From contig CM074811.1 in assembly GCA_037447605.1 (NCBI GenBank), positions 992,001 to 1,056,000 of the forward strand: a stretch of 64,000 nt of DNA, in the 5' to 3' direction. The DNA comes from Zygnema circumcarinatum SAG 698-1b. Its lineage: Eukaryota; Plantae; Zygnematophyceae. Both the position numbers and the translations under genes were made by a program. The notes under the pieces are model-generated. The model made no database searches, was not told the DNA's origin, and worked only from the letters and a program-made list of their open reading frames with translations. Below, piece after piece: positions 56,758 through 64,000 of the stretch (position 1 is its first letter; every line of letters begins with the position of its first letter).

Positions 56758-59700
56758 TTAGCTCGCCTCAACAAATACCTGTATGAGCAAATCACATAGA
56801 AACAACTCTCCTCCGTTTCAATCAACTTTACGGAACTTCACAGTTTTTCCAAGTACAAGATTTCTGCATGCATATCTGACTGACTTAATGTATCACTAAG
56901 GATGACTGCGTGTTTCCTCGAGGCTTCTAAAACTTCATTTCGGTGTGCACGCTCTGAACTGTTCTATGCTACATACAAATTTCCGTCACGTACGGTTAAA
57001 CTGCATTGGCTACATGGAAACAGTTGCACTGCATAGTAAGAGATCTGACATAATAACCCACCTCTGCCGCTGGAAGTGTGTCGTACGGTTTTCCCTCTCT
57101 CACATCCTGAACACCAATTCCGGTAATTCGCTGAACTCCAGGAGCGAGGGCCACCAGACACTGTTCCCCTCCAGAAATTTTACCAGATAACAAATTATGA
57201 AAGGGAAAGAAAAAAAGAGGAGGGGTGGGGGGAGGCAGAGGGGGGGGGGGGGGGGGGGGGGGGGGNNNNNNNNNNGGGGGTCATTCTGTGTACATGAAAA
57301 AGCACCTTATTACTCAAAAAAGTTTACTTCACGATATTCCGGGATTAAAGAGGACATACCAGACTGAATTCAGTACTAGAATGAGGCTCCAAGCCGGGCA
57401 CAACCTGCACAGCCAGAATAATTATAATTTGAAGACCCCAATCAAAATCTTTTCAGTACATATTCACATTTTGTACATGGATACAAGCGGACATAAGACT
57501 GCTCCCTCTCTCTTCCTCGCCATGTCTAAAAGGCAGATCGCCACAGTGTGGGCAAACACAAGACAACCAATGAACGCTGATAGTAGAGGCAAAAGTGCTG
57601 AAATACTAACCAGAGCTTTGGGCCCACTAACTATGACTGCCCTCCCTTGCAGGTCTTCTCCCGCCATACTAATCCGGAGAGGGCCAACACTGCGATCTGT
57701 GCAGTTCGCAAGGCGGCATTGGACCTGTTCCAGAATCCGTTCCACTGTCACCGTTTGCTCTCAGCACGCATAGGACACGTGATCAGGAAGAAGCTTAGAA
57801 GCTATAGAAGCTTCTGCTACGATAGATAGAGAGGAGAGGAGAGAGGGACAACAGGGTGTTCAGGGTGAACAAAATACGAGTTTCAAAGACTTTGAAGGGC
57901 CAAAATCCTATATATTTCCTATTAGTCCTTTGATGTAAGCAGTAAAGAGTGCCTATACATATTGAGCCCAATTACTGTCCCACCCAATGGACAATAAAGC
58001 AGTGTTGTATGATGAGAGGTCCGAATGAACAAAAAGCTTATGCACGATGAGAACTGAGCGTGAGGGAGAGTGTGAGAGAGAGAGAGTGGGAGTGGGAAGA
58101 CACTCTACCAAGAAGGGCTTCTCAAGGACCACTCGTTTGGGCAGCTCAACAAAGCGTAGTTCCACCTCCTTCCGGGGCATAGGCTGCCCTCCCCCATACA
58201 CAAAAATCCATATCACCACACAAACTCACTTTCCAACTACACCACCATGAGCCCCAAAGTCTCTATCACATTCGAAACTCCTAAGAAGCTCATTCTCAGC
58301 CACTCACGTTCCCCAGAATCTGTTGTGTCTGAAGCCTCCCGGGTTCCCCTAGAGTTGTGCGCCACATCATTTCCAGCTTCCCCAAAGCGTTCCCTCCCTC
58401 TCCCCCCTCCTGCGGGACCCTCTCCAGCGAGTAGAGGAAGTTGCGGGACCCCCCATTGGCTGCAACGAGGTTCACTTTCTTGAAAATTCCACTGCTTCAC
58501 AAAAGACACAGGTTCACATTTCTTAACGTTTAGGGTTTCGAGGTCGTTTAGGGTTTCGAAAACGTTTTGGGAACACGGGGATTTCACAAATTTAGGGTCC
58601 TTAGGGGTTGGTGTGTGGATGTGGTAAAATACTCACAAACGACTGGACTCATCTAAAATTGCTCACTAGCTGCATTGCTGATTTCAAGTTTTCAAGTTAT
58701 AGTATTTACTATACTGATATCGAACTAACGAAACATGGCACAGATTGCGCAGTACTGAGTTTGTGGGGCCCACCCGAAGACGTCATCTTCCGCCACGTGG
58801 CGGTCCTGGGGGTCGAGGAGGTCGGCCCGCCAGCTGGCAGCGGGGTCGAAGCGCACGTGGTCGAGCAGGAGGGGCAGCTTCGTGCTGTTCTCGACACATG
58901 CCTCGAGAAAGGTCGACTCCTGCAACAAGCCACATCACATCACATCACATCACATCTATACATCACATCACATCACATCTATACATCACATCACATCTAT
59001 ACATCACATCACATCTATACATCACATCTATACATCACATCACATCACATCACATCACATCACACCGTACAGCGTATATTATAGACACTGTTGTGAACTG
59101 CAACAGATCACGGCCAAAGAGAACTGAATTCAGGATCGACACGAACAGACTTCCGTCGTGAATAAGAAGTTCCGTGATGAAACATTGCAACATGCTTTCT
59201 GTTTATATGACAACATTAAAACTCCTGCATGTAGACGCCGCTATATTTCCGCAACTTGCTGCACAGTTTATGCTGCAATGAAGCGGCCGACCAACATTTG
59301 ACCCCACGTGGGAAATTGTGAATAAGGAATGCCATTCTCTATGACCTGACAACGAAAAAACTTCCGACGCGGTAGGGGTGCAATGTGGGCGATGATGAGC
59401 AGCTTCTATGGGTAATGTTATGCTATTACATATGGAAGGAAACAAGGGGTGGAGTTATTAGTTGCCTCTTAAGGTTTCGCAAAACACATTATTTCAAACA
59501 TAAGTTGAAACAATGTTTCTTCATTTGCTTTGGTCAATGACACTGCGAAAGTGGAAAAAAAAAAAAGTTATTTGAAAGGCAGCCAATGGTTAGGGAGTTG
59601 GTCACCAACTCACTCCGAACAAAAAAGAAGGGACTCCTCCACAGCTACGCAGTTACTGCGACTTGACGTCAAAGAATATCACCTCTAGGAGGTAAAGGAA

Positions 59701-61682
59701 GATAATCTTCATTGGAATGTAGACTCAAGCATGCTTTAAGAGGATAGATATAGCAATGGTTATTCACCGGTGGAGAAATAGGTACGCGGAGTGAGAATCG
59801 GTTACTTGTTTTTAAGAAAAGATTCCTGTCGGCTCAATACATGCTCAGATTCATTAGTGCTGATTCAGAACGGGTGAATTTGAAACAGCCTTCTCCTGTT
59901 TCAAATTCGAGGAAGGACCCAATCCTACTTCATCTTGTGACTGTGTCATTTGGTTCTGCGTTAATGAAGGGGACAAGGGGGCAGCCTACTTTGAATTGAA
60001 GGTCCTGTAGAAGACTGAATAACAGAAGGGTAGAGTGGGCGCACCTTGACAGTGCGGACCTGAAGAAAACCATGGAAAATGAAAAAAAAAACAGCAAATT
60101 AGATCGTAACATGTAACAAAGAGCTTATCCATAAGCAATTCTATGATAAGAAGTTTAATTTTGAACATGAATTCCAATTGCGAAGCCTTACAATTTCAAG
60201 TATCTTGGTCTGTTACATTGAGGATGAGGAGAGAGGCGGAGGGGAAAAAGGAGGTTGTGAAGTGCGTGAACAAGAACGAAAAGACTGTTATTCAAAGGAT
60301 GGAGAAGCACCTTTGTCCGCACGGAAAGTGGGTTTGAGGCAACGAATTTGAAGTACTGAGGGAGGAACTTTTGTTCTCCATTAGGATCAACATAGGTTGC
60401 TGAACATACGAGTCTGCAAGGTCCCAACACCATAACCAACTGATGATGCGTCACGCTGACATAAATGATGGAAATAGCTGCTAGAAATGGCACTCTTGTG
60501 AGAGAACTTAATGCCTTGTTATCACGGAAAGTGAACCGGCCATCGTGAAGATTAATCAGAGCGACTGGTTTAGAGAGGGGATTGGAACTACGCTGAGATT
60601 CGAACTAGGATAAGGTTAGGGTTAGCGGTAGGGGTGGGCTAGAGTTAGCATGCATAACTTTACGAATACAGCAACTCCTGAAATGAAGCATAGTGGTGAA
60701 AAGGGCTGAAACTGTGCAGTGCTCATTCGTCTTTTCATTAGTATGAAAAAAGGAAGAAAAGGAGAAGGCTTTCTCACGTGTGGCTGCCCAGCTCTTTAAT
60801 ATCATGTTCTATTAGGAAGTCGTGCCGTCCTCCGGCTGCAAGTGTATTGATGGGTGACTTGGAGTTGTCTGCCAAAACAAGGCGTTGCCGCTCGGTTTGT
60901 AGCTCTGCCTGCAAAAGTTGTGAAGTACTGTCTAGGCTGAAATAAGAAAGTGAATGTACTGCAACAAATGCACCACAAGGAAAATAAAATACGAGAGGTA
61001 GCAACCACACTCCAGCACAGCATTCACGCCAGCCCTAATACGCCACGCTTGCCGACTGGATAAGACTGCCATTTTCACGAGACTGAAGGCATGTACCAAA
61101 GCCAGCTTAAAGGGAGAGGTTTTTGCTCATAACTCTATGGACAAATCAACTTAAGGATGACAAAATCTACCTTCACAATCACGCGCGCAACCTCGTGGCT
61201 CGAGTGATTGCCAACACTGATGTAGCTACAGAATGTTTCGCCAAGATAAATGGATCTGAAACGAAGCTCAGAAGTGAAAAAAAATGATCTTCTGGCTAAA
61301 ATATGGAAGATAGGAAAGAACCACACCCAATGCACGTACAGCCTCATCGCTCGTTTGCTGAAACTAAGAAAAATGAGAAGAAATCCAGCTCAACAAGTAC
61401 AAGAAAAGGTGCGTACCCAAAGGCTTGAGGCAACACCATCATGCCGTTCACACCGAACGCATCGACCGGCTCTGTCAGCTCACACCGCGCTGCGAAAAGC
61501 TCGTCTTCAAGCACTCTTGGAGGCGGAGCATCAACATCATCATCTTCCCCGTACCAGAGATCTTCCACATCATGCTTCAAGGGCAGATCCACCTGCAGAG
61601 CAGGCCTGCAGAGACGCATTACTCTGAAGGCGAGAGAGTGACCCGAGCCATCCTTCATGGCTCCCTCCCGAATGGAGCTCAT
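56758..61682 (-). CDS. TRAPPC13: Trafficking protein particle complex subunit 13, 12 exons including a 15-nt micro-exon, ~427 aa
   Basis: Exons 61682-61417, 61255-61171, 60908-60778, 60413-60311, 60059-60045, 58919-58774, 58491-58308, 58183-58109, 57724-57611, 57404-57360, 57160-57062, 56778-56758 (sum 1284 nt). Motifs: HSLAFRVMRLCRP, LPQAFGSIYLGETFCSYI, WRTTLGEPGRLQTQ. The start may instead be 61658. Confidence 0.92.
57266..57275. other. Assembly gap (10 N) inside a poly-G run in a TRAPPC13 intron
   Basis: N characters flanked by G homopolymer. Confidence 0.99.
58931..59064 (+). repeat. (CACAT)n pentanucleotide microsatellite with CTATA interruptions
   Basis: Directly visible; it abuts a TRAPPC13 3' splice site. 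Confidence 0.95.
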
Positions 61683-61704
61683 TCTCCGTCTCTTATAAAC
61701 AAAC

Positions 61705-61910
61705 AATCCCTAATGCCAAACCTAACCCTAGCGAGCTCTAACCCTAATACTGACCTAATCTTCACCCTAATCTGCAATTTCTGGCGAAAAAAACACCCTC
61801 TCAGCTCGACCTTTCTAACCCTAATCTTCGCCCTGGCTGGCGTCCTCCCCAACCCTAATCGGCATCCAAAAAGGGAATCCAAACCCTATCTCCATGTCCT
61901 AGCCCTAACT
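61705..61910 (+). promoter_or_regulatory. Cluster of telo-box-like ACCCTAA motifs just upstream of the TRAPPC13 start
   Basis: About six (a/t/g)ccctaa hits (aaccctaa, accctaat, gccctaac), plus aaccctag and aaaccctat, within 200 bp. Confidence 0.5.
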
Positions 61911-62684
61911 GCGAACTAGTTCAACAGAACCCGGCAAACTGTGCAGCATGTGCATACCCTGTATATGCGCTGAACATTTTATGCTCCCCTTCTCCATGGA
62001 ACAGCGTTAAACTTTCGAACTGTACGGATCTAGCAGAAAATATCACACGCTGTACGGATGCATTCAAAATTTCACAAAAAAACTGTACGCCCGCCCGCCC
62101 GCCTCTGCCGTCTTCCCGCGTTAAAAGAAAAAATTTAAAAAATCTGAAAATTTCGAGAAACTCAATTTTTTCTGAACCCCTACTCGCCGCAGTTCCGTGC
62201 CGGCCAACACCAACCTCCCATATAAACTTCCACGACCCGAGCCTCCCCCGAACCTCCCCCGAACCTCCTCCGGACTTCCAATCCATCCCCACCGTCCGTC
62301 CTCCCCGCCAAAACTATCTCCCCGAATCGACGCCCCTCCATTCGCCACGTCACCTATCCTCCCTCCCCAACCAATCCCCCGCCTCCCTCACCCGATCCCT
62401 GCCTCATCCACACCTCCCCCTTACCAAATTTCCAATCTCCCCCGATACTCCCCCGAGCCTCTCCCGGGCCAGGCTTCGGCTCGGGCTAGGCTCGCAGGGG
62501 CGCGGCGGCGAGGAGACGCGATAGAGGTGGGGCAGCGATCGCAGGGCTGCGCTTGGTCGCGGGCGCAGAGGGGGGTGGGAGGGCGTGCCAAGTGGCTGCT
62601 CGCGATTGCAGGGCAGAGGGGCGGCGATCTGCGGCTGAGAGAGGGAGGGAGAAAGGGAGGGAGGGAGTATAAGAGGGGGAGGCC

Positions 62685-63578
62685 ATGGCCCAGCAACAGA
62701 TGATGCTGGGAGGGGGAGGGCAGCCCGGGATGCAATACCCGGGCATGGGGGGGGGGCCGCAGATGGCGCCCTCCATGGCGGGGGCGTATGGAGGGGGAGG
62801 GGGAGGAGGGGGAGGGGGAGGGCAGGGGGGGTCGCAGGCAGGGCAGAGTCCGGGGGCTGGAGGGGGAGGGGGAGGGCAGCAGGGAGGGGCGGGGATGCCG
62901 GCGGGATATCAGCAGCAGAGTGCGATGCAGCAGCAGATGCAGTACCAGCACCTGCAGCAGCAGCACCAGCAGCAGTTGCAGCTGTTTTGGTCGCAGCAGA
63001 TGCAGGAGGTGGAGCAGGCGAACGACTTTAAGAACCACCAGCTGCCACTGGCCCGGATAAAGAAGATCATGAAGGCGGACGAGGACGTGCGGATGATCAG
63101 CGCGGAGGCGCCTGTGGTTTTCTCCAAGGCGTGTGAGATGTTCATTCTGGAGCTCACGCTGCGCTCGTGGATCCACACGGAGGAAAACAAGAGGCGGACT
63201 CTGCAGAAGAACGACATTGCAGGCGCTATCACCAGGACGGACATTTTTGACTTTCTTGTTGATATTGTGCCACGTGACGAGTTGAAGGAGGAGGGCCTGG
63301 GGATTCCCAGAGCGCCCGTAGCCATTCCTGGCGCTGACATGCAGTATCCGGGAATGTATTATGTGCCTCAAGCCACTCCTGGCCCCGCTCCCATGGCGCA
63401 GCCGGGCATGATGGCTCCTCAGATGATGGTGGGAAGGCCTGCCATGGCCATGGACCCCGGCATGTACACTCCGCAGGCCCGCGCTCCCTTGCAATATATG
63501 CAGCAGCCCATGCAGCAGCCCATGTGGTCGGGGCAGCAGGTGCCGCCTCCTTCAGGAAGTCTTCCTCAGCAGGGCTAA
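62685..63578 (+). CDS. NF-YC: Nuclear transcription factor Y subunit C (histone-fold), intronless, 297 aa, with G/Q/P-rich termini
   Basis: [83 protein letters not shown]. Confidence 0.97.
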   Translation: MAQQQMMLGGGGQPGMQYPGMGGGPQMAPSMAGAYGGGGGGGGGGGQGGSQAGQSPGAGGGGGGQQGGAGMPAGYQQQSAMQQQMQYQHLQQQHQQQLQLFWSQQMQEVEQANDFKNHQLPLARIKKIMKADEDVRMISAEAPVVFSKACEMFILELTLRSWIHTEENKRRTLQKNDIAGAITRTDIFDFLVDIVPRDELKEEGLGIPRAPVAIPGADMQYPGMYYVPQATPGPAPMAQPGMMAPQMMVGRPAMAMDPGMYTPQARAPLQYMQQPMQQPMWSGQQVPPPSGSLPQQG

Positions 63579-64000
63579 CAGGAGGGAAGAGAGCTAAGCA
63601 CAGGGTTGTCAGTTGGGATATTAGGGTTATTGAAGCCTGCTTTTGGCTCGGGGGAAGAGGGGAAGCTCGCACAAACATTTTAACGTAGAATCTTCCTGAG
63701 GAGAGCCGATTCTGTCTGGTTGGCTACTGCAAACCGGGATGCAATAAGGCGTATGGGGAGAAATTTGATAGGTTGCAGCAGTCTACTTTTGGGAGGGGAT
63801 GACGAGAGAGCCATGAAAGAGGGAGTTGTTTGAAGAATCATCTGTACAGGAGTTTCCATCGAGTCGCGAGGCTTGGAGCGTTTCCGTCGACTCTGTAGGG
63901 TAGCTGAGTTGAAGTCTCTGCAGTTTCAACGAATCCATTGGAGCGGGCAGCCTATCTCTTGCTGTATGTCTGATGCTTCGTAGGAGGATTGTATGATGTT

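Overview
Eukaryotic, intron-rich, plant-type window, most likely from a streptophyte green alga (inferred from gene content, intron positions and GA/CT tracts). I rebuilt ten spliced or intact protein genes by hand from GT-AG sites and checked their reading frames. They are: a plant cysteine oxidase (-); three tandem RLCK-VII/PBL-like kinases (-); an EDRF1-like TPR protein (+); a LOH2-like ceramide synthase (-) head-to-head with adenosine kinase (+); an F-box/Sel1/MYND protein (+) with a one-base frameshift in a G-run; and TRAPPC13 (-, with a 15-nt micro-exon) head-to-head with NF-YC (+). Intergenic DNA is packed with non-autonomous transposons. The most notable is a fully resolvable nest at 29174-32248 (Tc1/mariner-type MITE > hAT-type MITE > two GG-ended long-TIR elements with 8-bp TSDs > a second Tc1/mariner-type MITE, plus a retroposon-like fragment). 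Other highlights: a dispersed ~230-bp repeat with a conserved stem and variable loop; the 10-bp palindrome GCCACGTGGC, seen 13 times, 5 of them inside exons of four unrelated genes; and loss of the APE-motif glutamate in all three kinases. I found no autonomous transposase, rRNA, tRNA or CRISPR array.
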